The notes: generated by a model not told the origin, from the letters alone. Positions 1 to 9,993 are shown, counted from the first letter of the stretch. The stretch: DNA of 64,000 bases from an uncultured Chlamydiaceae bacterium (GCA_942490925.1 CALNYX010000017.1:1281159-1345158), one strand, 5' to 3'. Numbers and translations are program-made.

Positions 1-760
1 GGGTAATAACAATGGCAGTAGCTCCTCCAAGAAATCGCATCACTTTTTTTCTATATGGTTTAAATTCAGATAAAAAGCTCAGCAAAAAAATTGCTATCCC
101 AAAAAAAAGATAGGTTACAAAAGCAGATGTTGAAAATGAAATCATAAAAAGAAAATTAATGAAGAGTAAAAGCTTTAATGACATCCGTTTTTTCTCTTGT
201 AAAAAGAGATAGTAAAAATTAACCATCACAATAAAGGGTGTCATGTAAAGCGCATAGTACGAAGGTTCATAAGTAAATGCATGAGGGCGCTCTCGCAAAT
301 GCGTTTGGAAAAAATGTCCCAATTCTTTGACTGCAAATAGACCAACTCCAATAAATGACCAGAAATAGAGCTTCAGCACTTTTTTTACATCAAGCTTGTG
401 CATGATTTGATATGGAAGCCAGAAATAACAAATCATGGTAAGTCCATACCAACCAAAAAATAGAAAACAGCGCCTCTTGTAACTCGAAAAGAAAAATGAA
501 ATAAGCAACGAAGCGGTCAACATTAACAAGGGGATCGTAATTCTTTTGTCTATGCTAAAGAATTCCCTTCGAAAACGCAGCATCAATGCTACTATCAGAG
601 CAAAAGCAATAAAGTTATTATAACGAAATGTAAATCCCTTCAATGTAAGACTCAATACATCGGCATGTAAGGTTAAAAAATAGAGAAAAAGGATCGGATA
701 AAAAAGATCTGTTGGCTTAGAAAACGCAAGAAGACGGGGCTTTGAGAACGTTAGTAGCAT
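1..760 (-). CDS. Polytopic membrane protein, O-antigen polymerase/ligase-like; the C-terminal part lies beyond the left window edge
   Basis: Absent from the ORF track because no stop is reached. The minus-strand frame is open from ATG 760-758 (MLLTFSKPRLLAFSKPTDLFYPILFLYFLTL...) to position 1. It has multiple hydrophobic segments and the motif EPSYYALYMTPF. The start overlaps the upstream gene's stop by 10 nt, at the end of a sugar-nucleotide cluster. The function is only a family-level guess. Confidence 0.5.
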   Translation of the reverse strand, partial: MLLTFSKPRLLAFSKPTDLFYPILFLYFLTLHADVLSLTLKGFTFRYNNFIAFALIVALMLRFRREFFSIDKRITIPLLMLTASLLISFFFSSYKRRCFLFFGWYGLTMICYFWLPYQIMHKLDVKKVLKLYFWSFIGVGLFAVKELGHFFQTHLRERPHAFTYEPSYYALYMTPFIVMVNFYYLFLQEKKRMSLKLLLFINFLFMISFSTSAFVTYLFFGIAIFLLSFLSEFKPYRKKVMRFLGGATAIVIT

Positions 761-1503
761 CGTTTCAACCACCCTTGCGTCAAATGTGTCACTGGTTCGC
801 GCATAGAGCTTTTATTATATTTTTTATCAGGTAATTCTAACGCAAACTCAGGATGCTTTTCAAGAAACTCGCGAACTGCCGCAGCAGGATTATCCTCTTT
901 CCAAATCTTTTTCCCACGTGGAACGTCTGACACCTCCCCTTTAAATCCATCAGCAACCACAAGATAAAATCCTGAAGAAACAATGGGTGCAAATAGCTCG
1001 AGTTCCTGGAGGACATGCTCTTTTGAATGATTCGAATCGAGAATCACCATCACTGTTTGACCAGGTTGAATATCAATTTGCGCAATTATTTGGGGATTGA
1101 CCGAGTTCCCCTCAATCAGTTGAAGATAAGGTGATAGGTGATGTTCTTCTAGACGTTTTCGATTTTGTGGGCGTAAATCTTTATCGATTCCAATCACTTT
1201 ACCATGGCCTAAACCATGACAGAGTGTCGCATAAAAAAGAAGCGAACCGCCCATAGCAATGCCTGTTTCAATGATCACATCAGGAGGATTAGAGACAATC
1301 ACCTCCTGAAGACGCATCAAATCTTCAGGAAGTTGTAAAACTGGCACGCCCATCCATGTAAAGGTATAGTGATAGTGGGCATTCCAACCTGTTTTAAGCC
1401 ATAGTCGGGATAGAATTTGAAAGGCTTCTTCGCTATAGAGGGAAATTGTTCGCTCTTCTAGACAAAGCTCAGCTTTCTCTTCATCAATATGAAACGGTTT
1501 CAT
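751..1503 (-). CDS. CmcI (cephalosporin hydroxylase)-family class I SAM-dependent methyltransferase, probable sugar O-methyltransferase
   Basis: ORF 751..1596 trimmed to ATG 1503 ([10 protein letters not shown]), because the upstream part overlaps ugd. WMGVPVLQLPEDL...PDVIIETGIAMGGSLLFYA...GKVIGIDKD matches the CmcI-family signature. Confidence 0.72.
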   Translation of the reverse strand: MKPFHIDEEKAELCLEERTISLYSEEAFQILSRLWLKTGWNAHYHYTFTWMGVPVLQLPEDLMRLQEVIVSNPPDVIIETGIAMGGSLLFYATLCHGLGHGKVIGIDKDLRPQNRKRLEEHHLSPYLQLIEGNSVNPQIIAQIDIQPGQTVMVILDSNHSKEHVLQELELFAPIVSSGFYLVVADGFKGEVSDVPRGKKIWKEDNPAAAVREFLEKHPEFALELPDKKYNKSSMREPVTHLTQGWLKRCY

Positions 1504-2827
1504 GAAGCAGGGGTGTTTGGCCGATTCCAAAATAGTCGAATCCGCGTGTTGCCATTTCGTGTGGCGAATACTGATTACGGCCATCAAAAAAGGCACGTCC
1601 CTTCATCAACTTAATCACACGTTCAAAGTCAACGAATCTAAATTGTTTCCAATCTGTCATCAGAACAGTTGCATCTGCCTGCTGGGCACTGGCATATTCA
1701 TCCTGGCACCACTCGATTTGTGGAGATTTTGGAAGCAATTGTTTTGCCCTATCCATAGCAACTGGATCATACAGGGAAAGATAAGCTCCCTGTTCAAGCA
1801 ACTCTCTGATGAGAACAAGAGAGGGCGCTTCACGCATATCATCCGTCCCAGGCTTAAATGCTAGCCCCCAAATGGCAATTCTCTTATCAACAAGCTTCCC
1901 AGAAAAATAGTCTCTGACTTTTTCTCCCATTCTCTGCTTTTGGCGCTGGTTCACTTCCTCAATCGCATCAATCAGATCTGTTTGATAACCCGTCTCTTTT
2001 GCAAGAGCCCTGAGAGCTTTCACATCCTTAGGAAAGCACGAGCCACCATAACCCGTTCCTGCATACAAAAACGCATAACCAATACGCGTATCCGATCCAA
2101 TTCCCTTGCGCACCTTAGTAATGTCCGCCCCTGTTAATTCACAAAGGCCAGCAAGCTCATTCATAAAAGAGATCCGCGAAGCCAGCATTGCATTAGCTGC
2201 ATACTTAGTCATTTCTGCAGATGGTGGATCCATAATTAAAATACGGTCATGATTGAGATTGAAAGGTGAATAGAGCTCCTGCATCAGCGCAGCAACCCTA
2301 GGATTGCTTGTTCCAATCACAATCCGATCAGGTTTCATGAAGTCGTTGACAGCATCACCCTCTTTCAAAAATTCAGGATTAGATACGACGTCAAATTCAA
2401 CATCTCGACCAGCCAATGCCTCTTCTATTGCACTTGCAACTTTTTCCGTGCTGCCTACCGGCACCGTTGACTTATTGACAATGATCTTATACTCATCCAT
2501 ATGCTCAGCTAACTGGGCAGATGCTTGCATCACATAGCGAAGATCAGCTGAGCCATCTTCATCAGAGGGCGTGGGAACAGCTAAAAAGCAGATCAATCCA
2601 AAGCTAACAGCCTCTTTGTAATTAGTTGTAAAGCTTAGACGTTCTGATTTGACATTTCTTTTGACGATCTCCTCAAGCCCTGGTTCGTAAATGGGAATGA
2701 CGCCTTGTTTGAGCTGGTTAATCTTTTCAGGATCAATATCCAAACAAATGACATGATGCCCCATCTCGGCAAAGCAAGCTCCTGTAACGAGCCCGACATA
2801 ACCTGTACCAATCACTGCAATTTTCAT
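1484..2827 (-). CDS. ugd: UDP-glucose 6-dehydrogenase
   Basis: [24 protein letters not shown]ossmann N-terminus and the GGSCFPKD catalytic-Cys motif. Start trimmed to ATG 2827; the longer ORF begins at a TTG. Confidence 0.93.
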   Translation of the reverse strand: MKIAVIGTGYVGLVTGACFAEMGHHVICLDIDPEKINQLKQGVIPIYEPGLEEIVKRNVKSERLSFTTNYKEAVSFGLICFLAVPTPSDEDGSADLRYVMQASAQLAEHMDEYKIIVNKSTVPVGSTEKVASAIEEALAGRDVEFDVVSNPEFLKEGDAVNDFMKPDRIVIGTSNPRVAALMQELYSPFNLNHDRILIMDPPSAEMTKYAANAMLASRISFMNELAGLCELTGADITKVRKGIGSDTRIGYAFLYAGTGYGGSCFPKDVKALRALAKETGYQTDLIDAIEEVNQRQKQRMGEKVRDYFSGKLVDKRIAIWGLAFKPGTDDMREAPSLVLIRELLEQGAYLSLYDPVAMDRAKQLLPKSPQIEWCQDEYASAQQADATVLMTDWKQFRFVDFERVIKLMKGRAFFDGRNQYSPHEMATRGFDYFGIGQTPLLHETVSY

Positions 2828-2888
2828 AGAGGAGGAAGATACCAAGAAATGCGTGACAACTCAAGGGAAATTCCCTATGCTCCTAGCC

Positions 2889-3824
2889 ATGTCTAAGAAA
2901 ATTCTCGTTACTGGAGGAGCCGGCTTCCTCGGCTCCCACCTCTGCTCTCTGCTGATCAATCAAGGCCACTGCGTTACATGTGTTGATAATTTCTACACCG
3001 GTAGTCAACAAAATGTCGCAAAACTCCTCGACCACCCGCAATTTGAACTCATTGAACATGACATCTGTCAACCGCTTTACATTGAAGTCGACGAAATCTA
3101 CAATCTGGCATGCCCCGCCTCACCCTTTCACTACCAAAACGACCCTGTACAAACCACTAAAGCTAGCGTACTTGGGGCGCTTAATTTGCTAGAGCTAGCA
3201 AAAAAGACAAAAGCCAAGATTTTGCAAGCCTCTACGAGTGAGGTATATGGCGACCCAACAGTGCATCCTCAGGAGGAGAGTTACTGGGGGAATGTCAATC
3301 CAATCGGTATTCGAGCCTGTTACGATGAGGGGAAACGGTGTGCTGAAACATTGTTTTTTGACTACCACAGGCAGTATGGCCTAGATATTCGTGTTGCTCG
3401 TATTTTCAATACATATGGCCCTAATATGCACCCAAATGATGGACGTGTCGTCTCGAATTTTATTGTGCAAGCCCTACAAGGTGAGCCTATTACAATATTT
3501 GGCAGCGGAAGCCAAACACGCTCTTTCTGCTACTATTCTGATTTGATTGCGGGTCTTGTTATGCTGATGAACAGCAGCTTTACAGGCCCGCTAAACATTG
3601 GAAACCCTTACGAGTTCACGATGCTTGAACTGGCAGAAAAAATCTTAAGTATCACAGGGTCAAAATCTAAGATTGAACACCGTACTCTGCCTGAGGATGA
3701 CCCGAAACAGCGGCAGCCAAATATTGATAAAGCGTTAGCTTTGGGCTGGTCTCCTCAAGTCTCTCTGGAAAAGGGCCTTAAGTCTACGATTGAATACTTT
3801 GAAAAACTGGTTGTTTATGCCTAA
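2889..3824 (+). CDS. uxs: UDP-glucuronate decarboxylase (UDP-xylose synthase)
   Basis: [17 protein letters not shown]ossmann motif, YDEGKRCAE (YxxxK) and RIFNTYGP motifs typical of UXS-type extended SDRs. Start placed at ATG 2889 (MSKKILV); the ORF track starts at GTG 2853. Confidence 0.88.
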   Translation: MSKKILVTGGAGFLGSHLCSLLINQGHCVTCVDNFYTGSQQNVAKLLDHPQFELIEHDICQPLYIEVDEIYNLACPASPFHYQNDPVQTTKASVLGALNLLELAKKTKAKILQASTSEVYGDPTVHPQEESYWGNVNPIGIRACYDEGKRCAETLFFDYHRQYGLDIRVARIFNTYGPNMHPNDGRVVSNFIVQALQGEPITIFGSGSQTRSFCYYSDLIAGLVMLMNSSFTGPLNIGNPYEFTMLELAEKILSITGSKSKIEHRTLPEDDPKQRQPNIDKALALGWSPQVSLEKGLKSTIEYFEKLVVYA

Positions 3825-4803
3825 GAAGATTTTAGTGACAGGCGCTGCGGGTTTTATTGGATTTCATACGGCTTTGGCATTGAAGAAGCGGGGTGATGAA
3901 GTCTTTGGGCTAGATAATTTCAATGACTACTACTCACCCGATTTGAAAGAGCAGCGGGCAAAGTTGCTCGCAGAAGCAGGAATCGAGGTGGTTAAAGGTG
4001 ATGTGAATGATCCTGAGCTGCTTTCTACCCTTTTTGAAAGAGGTCCAACTCATGTGCTTCATCTTGCAGCGCAAGCTGGAGTTCGACATGCTCGTAAATA
4101 TCCAGAGGCATATCTCAAAAGCAATATTGATGGCTTTCTTGCGATCCTTGAGCAATTGAAAACACGACCTGAAATTCCGCTGATCTATGCCTCCTCTTCA
4201 TCAGTTTATGGAACAAATGAAAAGGTCCCATTTTCAGTTGATGATCGAACAGACTCTCCAGCTAACTTGTATGCAGCAACGAAAAAAACAAATGAGCTAC
4301 TAGCCTATAGCTATCATCATATCTATGGAATTAAGACTACGGGCCTGCGCTACTTCACTGTTTACGGTCCTTGGGGACGTCCTGATATGGCCTACTATCT
4401 TTTTACAAAATCCATCTTGGAAGAGCGTTCGATTCATCTCTTCAATCACGGCAAGATGTGGCGTGATTTCACTTATATCGATGATATTGTGGCAGGAACA
4501 ATCGCTGCTCTCGATTTGAGTGCTCCCTATGAACTTTTTAATCTAGGCAATCACCGCTCTGAAAAACTCCTCGACTTTGTGAAAATTCTAGAAGAGCTCT
4601 TGGAGAAGAAAGCTACGCTGATTTTAGAAGGGCCTCGAGTTGATGAAGTAGAGAGAACCTACGCGGATATCGAAAAATCACGTCAGCTACTGAACTATAG
4701 ACCTACTACAAAATTGAAAGAGGGGCTTGCTCAGTTTGTAGACTGGTATTGTGCAAAGACTAAGGGCAAGGCTTCAGTGATGTCAGATGCGACCATGCAG
4801 TAA
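3817..4803 (+). CDS. NAD-dependent epimerase, UDP-glucuronate 4-epimerase type
   Basis: [24 protein letters not shown] (YxxxK) and [17 protein letters not shown], as in CapI/LpsL-type UDP-GlcA 4-epimerases. ATG 3817 overlaps the uxs stop by 8 nt. Confidence 0.8.
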   Translation: MPKKILVTGAAGFIGFHTALALKKRGDEVFGLDNFNDYYSPDLKEQRAKLLAEAGIEVVKGDVNDPELLSTLFERGPTHVLHLAAQAGVRHARKYPEAYLKSNIDGFLAILEQLKTRPEIPLIYASSSSVYGTNEKVPFSVDDRTDSPANLYAATKKTNELLAYSYHHIYGIKTTGLRYFTVYGPWGRPDMAYYLFTKSILEERSIHLFNHGKMWRDFTYIDDIVAGTIAALDLSAPYELFNLGNHRSEKLLDFVKILEELLEKKATLILEGPRVDEVERTYADIEKSRQLLNYRPTTKLKEGLAQFVDWYCAKTKGKASVMSDATMQ

Positions 4804-6233
4804 GAAGTTTCGCTATGCGCTGCATATTCACCGGCAAGTCCATGCACATGCACACCTAAAATAGCTGCCTTCAAAGGATCGTGCGTCTGAGCTAGAAACG
4901 CTGCAATAACCCCTGTCAAAACATCACCACTACCTGCTGTAGCCATCCCAGGATCGCCAGTGATTGAAATATAGGGCGTCTTGCCTGGATGGAAAATGAA
5001 TGTAGGCGCTCCTTTCAACACAAGTGTCACCTTCTTGCTCTCGCTAAATTGATGGCAAAGGGTGAGCAGTTGCTCAAATGACTCGGTCTTTTCAATCCCT
5101 AGCAATCTTTTCATCTCACCAATATGGGGTGTCATAATGGTTTTTGGTGGAACATCAATCCATTTAGCTGCCAAAAGAGTAAGTGCTTCCGCATCGATCA
5201 CACACGGCTTATCTATTTTTGGTAATACAGCTTCTAAAATGCTACGTGCTTCGGTTGAGGTACCAATTCCTGGCCCAATAAAAACGGCAGAAGCTTTTTC
5301 CATGGCATGTAGAATTTCATCTGGTGTTTGATACCCTTGACGAATCACCTCGTACGGGGCATGGCCCAGTTCTGACTCCATACCTGCTGGATGAAGGAGG
5401 CGAACAATTCCTGCTCCAGCGCGCAGTGCAGAAAAACTTGCCAAAATCGGCGCTCCTGGCATTCCAGGCGAGCCACCAACCCCGATGACGTAACCTGTTT
5501 CATATTTATGGCGTGTACGCTGAACCTTTGGAAAATACTTCTCGATCAATGCCTCTTGGATCAATTCAAAGTCTCCCTGGGCCTGCTCAATTGCCTCTTT
5601 GCCAAGACCAAAATCAAAAACGGAGATACGCCCCATATAGTTCCAAACATCACCTAAAAAACAGCCACTTTTGGGCAAACCAAGAAAGAGTGTATGTAAA
5701 GCCTCAATAGCAACACCGCCAACCTCTCCAGTTGTTCCATTGATGCCAGACGGGACGTCGACAGAAATGATAGGAAGCTTTGACTGATTGGCTTTTTCAA
5801 TGGCCTCTTTTAGAACACCTTCGACCTGACCATGAAAGCCCGTTCCCAAAATTCCATCGATGAGAAGCTGCGCTTTTTTAAATTGAATTTCTTGAGCGCT
5901 CTCAATGTTTTGAATGACCCCGCCTTTCTCTTGAAACCGGTTGGCTTGCAGTTGACAGAGCACACTACTTTTTTCTAGAGGAGCGAAGGCAAGTGCTTTG
6001 ACATGAAAGCCTCCTTCAAGAAGGATCCTGCCAGCAACGTAAGCATCTCCAGCATTGTTCCCTGAGCCGCAAAGCAAAATGATAAGAGGCTCAATATGCA
6101 AATCAGCAACGTAGCGCTGCACAAGCTCAGCAACACCACGTCCAGCTTCGTTCATGAACCGCTCTTCACTCGCGCCCTTATCATAGGCAAGTTTTTCAAC
6201 GCGGGCCATCTCTTTTGCTTTGACACTCTTCAT
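4731..6233 (-). CDS. nnr: Bifunctional NAD(P)H-hydrate repair enzyme (epimerase / ADP-dependent dehydratase)
   Basis: N-terminal YjeF_N domain (CGSGNNAGDAYV) fused to a carbohydrate-kinase-like dehydratase domain (GPGIGTS, TAGSGDVLTGVIAAF). Confidence 0.9.
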   Translation of the reverse strand: MKSVKAKEMARVEKLAYDKGASEERFMNEAGRGVAELVQRYVADLHIEPLIILLCGSGNNAGDAYVAGRILLEGGFHVKALAFAPLEKSSVLCQLQANRFQEKGGVIQNIESAQEIQFKKAQLLIDGILGTGFHGQVEGVLKEAIEKANQSKLPIISVDVPSGINGTTGEVGGVAIEALHTLFLGLPKSGCFLGDVWNYMGRISVFDFGLGKEAIEQAQGDFELIQEALIEKYFPKVQRTRHKYETGYVIGVGGSPGMPGAPILASFSALRAGAGIVRLLHPAGMESELGHAPYEVIRQGYQTPDEILHAMEKASAVFIGPGIGTSTEARSILEAVLPKIDKPCVIDAEALTLLAAKWIDVPPKTIMTPHIGEMKRLLGIEKTESFEQLLTLCHQFSESKKVTLVLKGAPTFIFHPGKTPYISITGDPGMATAGSGDVLTGVIAAFLAQTHDPLKAAILGVHVHGLAGEYAAHSETSYCMVASDITEALPLVFAQYQSTN

Positions 6234-7471
6234 AATTTCACTTTGAGCGATTGCTTAAATAATTTCAGTGTTTTTTCTCGTGCTTCAGCATGATCGACAA
6301 TTGGATCGACTGGCTCATGATTTGTATATTCGGGACACCATGTGCGGATATAAATGCCTTCTGGATCAAATTTCTTTCCCTGTGTCACAGGGTTAAATAT
6401 TCTAAAATAGGGAGCAGCATCAGCGCCGCAACCGGCAACCCATTGCCAATTTGCTCCGTTATTTGCTCTGTCGGCATCGACTAAATGTTTCCAAAACCAC
6501 TTCTCTCCCTCCCTCCAATCAATAAGCAGATCTTTGATCAAAAATGAAGCTACGATCATCCGCACACGATTATGCATCCAACCTGTATGTTTCAACTCTC
6601 GCATTCCTGCATCGACAATGGGATAACCTGTTTTTCCCTCTTGCCAAGCATGTAAAGCGGCTTGATTTTTCTCCCATGGAATTTTTTTATAGCGCTCATT
6701 TAGAGGCTCTGTTTGAAGCTTTGGAAAGCGAGAGAAGAGATGATAACAGAATTCGCGCCACCCAATTTCTGAGAGGAAACTGGCTGCTGATTTTCCAGAA
6801 ACAGCACGCCAAATTTGCCTAGGGCCAACCTCTCCAAAGTGAAGATGAGCTGAGAGTCGTGAAGTTCCCTCTTGCATTGGGAAATCGCGCGCACTTTGAT
6901 ATGAAGCGAGTTTTTTGCTGACAAATTGCTTCAATCGTTTTTGCGCTTCTTGCTCACCAGGTTGCCAAAATGAGTCAAAAAGAGGGTCGGGAGCGACTGC
7001 CTTGGGCAATGGGTCTGAGCGCACTTTAATCAAAGTTGCGATGTTCGGTTTAGGAAGAGACTTTGGAATTTCTATTGTCTGTAAAGCCTTCTTCCAAAAA
7101 GGGGTGAAGACTAAATAGGGTTTTTCCATTTCATATGGCTCTAGTAAAAGTGAGCCATTATAGGAAAAGATCTCAAGACCTGGAATCTTCAATTCTTTGT
7201 CATTATTGAGATAGAGACGAGTGATCTTGTGCTCTTTAGCAAGTTGCTTGATGACTGTTTTGGCTTCACCAGAGCGGTAGCAGAGTTTATCTTGTATAGA
7301 GCTTAAAAAACTCTTCAGACTCTGGCTAACCCACCATTTTTGAGAAGGACCTAGTGTCTTATCTTCAATGTAAAGCGCAATAACAGCCTGATTTTCTTTT
7401 GCTGCAAAGTAGAGAGCTGGATTGTCTTGAAGTCGTAGATCGTTTCTGAGTAAAACAATTGCACGCGTCAT
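6230..7471 (-). CDS. phrB: Deoxyribodipyrimidine photolyase / cryptochrome family protein (short, 413 aa)
   Basis: N-terminus LRNDLRLQDNPAL. FAD-binding motifs TGYPIVDAGMRELKHTGWMHNRVRMIVASFL and GANWQWVAGCGADAAPYFRIFNP. Confidence 0.88.
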   Translation of the reverse strand: MTRAIVLLRNDLRLQDNPALYFAAKENQAVIALYIEDKTLGPSQKWWVSQSLKSFLSSIQDKLCYRSGEAKTVIKQLAKEHKITRLYLNNDKELKIPGLEIFSYNGSLLLEPYEMEKPYLVFTPFWKKALQTIEIPKSLPKPNIATLIKVRSDPLPKAVAPDPLFDSFWQPGEQEAQKRLKQFVSKKLASYQSARDFPMQEGTSRLSAHLHFGEVGPRQIWRAVSGKSAASFLSEIGWREFCYHLFSRFPKLQTEPLNERYKKIPWEKNQAALHAWQEGKTGYPIVDAGMRELKHTGWMHNRVRMIVASFLIKDLLIDWREGEKWFWKHLVDADRANNGANWQWVAGCGADAAPYFRIFNPVTQGKKFDPEGIYIRTWCPEYTNHEPVDPIVDHAEAREKTLKLFKQSLKVKL

Positions 7472-8859
7472 ATCGCAATCTCTTTTACCAACCCCTTAAA
7501 AATCAAGCGATGAATTGGGAGTAACATATACCAATAGAGATATCCAAAAATACCTTTGGGTCGAAAACCAACTGTTTGCACAATTTCAGCTTCCTTAACT
7601 TCGAAATCAAGCCATGCTTCACCAGGGATACGCATTTCGGCATAAAGAGTCAATTTTTCTGGGCCTACTGCTACGACACGCCAAAAATCGAGAGCATCTC
7701 CAACATGTAGCTCTGTTGGATGGCTTCTGCCACGTCGCAGACCAACGCCCCCACATAACTTGTCGATAAAACCCCGAAAGCTCCAAGCCCAATTCATCGA
7801 ATACCAACCAGAATACCCTCCAATAGAGAAAAGTCGCGCTAAAGTTGCTTCCTTATCAGTAAATGGGGCTTTATAGACCTCTTTGATACAACCGCGCTCT
7901 GGCAATTCGTGGTAGGGTGAAAGGTCTGGTAATAGCTTACTCATGACAATTGCGTCTTTCCAGCTCGAGAAAACTTCACTCTCCTCATTACGCTTTAGCG
8001 CACGTCTAATTGCCTCTTCATAGGACATACATGTGTGCGGCAGAACTGTTTCAATTTTATGATCCAAGCAGACGGCTTCACTTCTCAAGCTATCTACAAG
8101 TGAACTTGCAAGGGCAAAATTCGTTGCTGTGACAAAGTAAAGCCAGTAGGAGCTAAGTCGAGGAGTCAACACTGGAACAGTTAAAATAAAGCGTTTGAGC
8201 TCTCTCTCATGTGCTAGTTTTAACATCATCTGCTTATAGGTTAAACAGTCAGGTCCTCCTATATCGAAGGTGTGATCAAAACACTCTTTGTTAAGTAGCG
8301 CTGCTTGTAGGTAGTAGAGCACATCATAAATGGCGATAGGCTGACATCTGTTGTTGATCCACTTGGGAGCAACCATTGCTGGCAAATGTTCAACGAGATC
8401 ATAGACGATCTCAAAACTTGCACTTCCAGAACCAATTACAATACCTGCGCGGAAAATAGTGCACGGAATTGGGCTTTTCTTAAAAATCTCTTCGACATTA
8501 TGACGGGATAAGAAATGCTTTGAGAGGCTTTTTCCTGTTGTCAACGCTGAAAGATAGAGGATTTGTTTCACATTTGTTTGCTTCAACAGGTCAACAAATC
8601 GCTTAGCACACCGTTTTTCTTGCTCCAAAAAATCTTCTTTGGACGAACTCATGCTATGCACGAGATAGTAAACTGCATCAATCTCTTTTGGAAGTGCCTT
8701 GAGTGTATGAAGATCCCCTTGCAAAATTTCGACTTCTTTGGGGAGTTTTAAACGCGTCTGACTGCGTACTAGTGCAATGACATGGTGTCCAGCTGCAAGG
8801 AGAATTGGAATTAAACGTGTTCCAATGTAGCCATTTGCACCAGTAACAAGCACTCTCAT
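7468..8859 (-). CDS. NAD(P)H-binding SDR-family protein with a C-terminal DUF2867-like domain
   Basis: MRVLVTGANGYIGTRLIPILLAAGHHV Rossmann fold plus a ~150-aa C-terminal extension of DUF2867 type. It has 4-nt ATGA overlaps with both neighbours. Confidence 0.72.
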   Translation of the reverse strand: MRVLVTGANGYIGTRLIPILLAAGHHVIALVRSQTRLKLPKEVEILQGDLHTLKALPKEIDAVYYLVHSMSSSKEDFLEQEKRCAKRFVDLLKQTNVKQILYLSALTTGKSLSKHFLSRHNVEEIFKKSPIPCTIFRAGIVIGSGSASFEIVYDLVEHLPAMVAPKWINNRCQPIAIYDVLYYLQAALLNKECFDHTFDIGGPDCLTYKQMMLKLAHERELKRFILTVPVLTPRLSSYWLYFVTATNFALASSLVDSLRSEAVCLDHKIETVLPHTCMSYEEAIRRALKRNEESEVFSSWKDAIVMSKLLPDLSPYHELPERGCIKEVYKAPFTDKEATLARLFSIGGYSGWYSMNWAWSFRGFIDKLCGGVGLRRGRSHPTELHVGDALDFWRVVAVGPEKLTLYAEMRIPGEAWLDFEVKEAEIVQTVGFRPKGIFGYLYWYMLLPIHRLIFKGLVKEIAI

Positions 8860-9818
8860 TCGGGTTGGTATCCCACTTTTGGAACGATTAGAACTGTTTG
8901 GACTGAATCCAAGTTTTTGACAACTGCTGCTGCGTCAATTTCATAGGAGTAGGCTCCCTCGCGCAGAGGGTAGACTTTTGTGACTTCTGCAACTTTAAGG
9001 CCAACTGGAAAAACACCATCCATTCCCGTGGTGACGAGGAGATCTCCCTCTTGAATAATCGGCATCGCTGTCAGTGGAGAGCTTTCATCAAGTGGCTTAC
9101 CTGTACGTAACTCACGTGCTGGTCCAAAACTGTCTGCAAAATCGTAGTTGAAGCCAAGGCCGCGTATGCTCTGAGTGCGATTACGCCATAGGGGCGCTCC
9201 CGCTCCTTGAATCACTCCTTTTGCTAAATACCATGCAGCAGCATCACCTACGTATTCTTGGCGTAACCTTTCAAGCACTTTTTGATCTTCAGAAGATTTT
9301 ACGCAGCTCAGCAAGGCATCAATATGTTCGATAAAGGTTGCGCTTTGCGGTCGTCCTCGGACAGCGCGTACTGAAGGCTTAAGCCCCATGTCAGTGATCA
9401 AGCGAATGCGCGACTGTCTTTTCCCGACGTAGTCAACGATTCCAACGACTGCATTGCCCACGAGTACTGGACTATTCTGATCAATAATTCCACGCCCATT
9501 TTCACTTCCAACATCGACCCAAAAACCACTCATCCAACTGCTAGGATCGCGATAGATTACATGGGCTGGCAATACATTTTCTTGTTGAACCAACTCGCCC
9601 ATGTTCAATAAACCGCGCAATTTTCCAATTTCAATGCGCAGTAGGTGATTTTCAGCTTCGAGCTTCTGGACTTGAGAATGTTCAGCGTGACTTTTCCATA
9701 CAGGGGAAAAAAGTGCGATGAGCCGAACGCGCCCTTTTTCAACCATCCAAAGTGGAAGACTCAAAAGTAAAAAGAGGGCGCCTGCAAGCAATAAATACTT
9801 TCGATAGGCCTTTTTCAT
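8856..9818 (-). CDS. mreC: Rod shape-determining protein MreC
   Basis: N-terminal TM segment, coiled coil (LEAENHLLRIEIGKLRGLL) and a C-terminal GDLLVTTGMDGVFPVGLKVAEV motif. Positioned downstream of aspC. Confidence 0.75.
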   Translation of the reverse strand: MKKAYRKYLLLAGALFLLLSLPLWMVEKGRVRLIALFSPVWKSHAEHSQVQKLEAENHLLRIEIGKLRGLLNMGELVQQENVLPAHVIYRDPSSWMSGFWVDVGSENGRGIIDQNSPVLVGNAVVGIVDYVGKRQSRIRLITDMGLKPSVRAVRGRPQSATFIEHIDALLSCVKSSEDQKVLERLRQEYVGDAAAWYLAKGVIQGAGAPLWRNRTQSIRGLGFNYDFADSFGPARELRTGKPLDESSPLTAMPIIQEGDLLVTTGMDGVFPVGLKVAEVTKVYPLREGAYSYEIDAAAVVKNLDSVQTVLIVPKVGYQPE

Positions 9819-9832
9819 GCAGAGCTTTTTTT

Positions 9833-9993
9833 GAAACCTTTGATTAATGCCGGCCTTGGATCTTTCAGCACAATTTGCACCAGAGCGTCATTTTTGCCCT
9901 CTCTAACCCACAAGGGGTTAGCTTCGGCCTTCAAATTTAGCTCTAACGCAAATTTCACTAAAATCTCCAAAACCCTCATTAATCAGAGGCTTC
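9833..9993 (-). repeat. Copy C (reverse orientation) of a ~160-nt imperfect-palindrome repeat family
   Basis: The reverse complement aligns over its full length with 33944-34104 and 54763-54922, sharing core blocks such as ctaaccc-ttgt-gggttag, aatgacg and ctaaattt. The arms gaaacctttgattaatg (9833-9849) and cattaatcagaggcttc (9977-9993) are complementary. The flanks are TTTT/TTTT. Confidence 0.8.

Noticed and set aside
2829-2895. AGGAGG at 2829-2834 followed by a 15-codon ORF (ATG 2848, [15 protein letters not shown]) upstream of uxs, as a possible leader peptide.
   Set aside because: The Shine-Dalgarno to ATG spacing of ~13 nt is long. The peptide has no attenuation-type codon bias and overlaps the uxs start. 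There is no supporting structure, so it is noted but not called.
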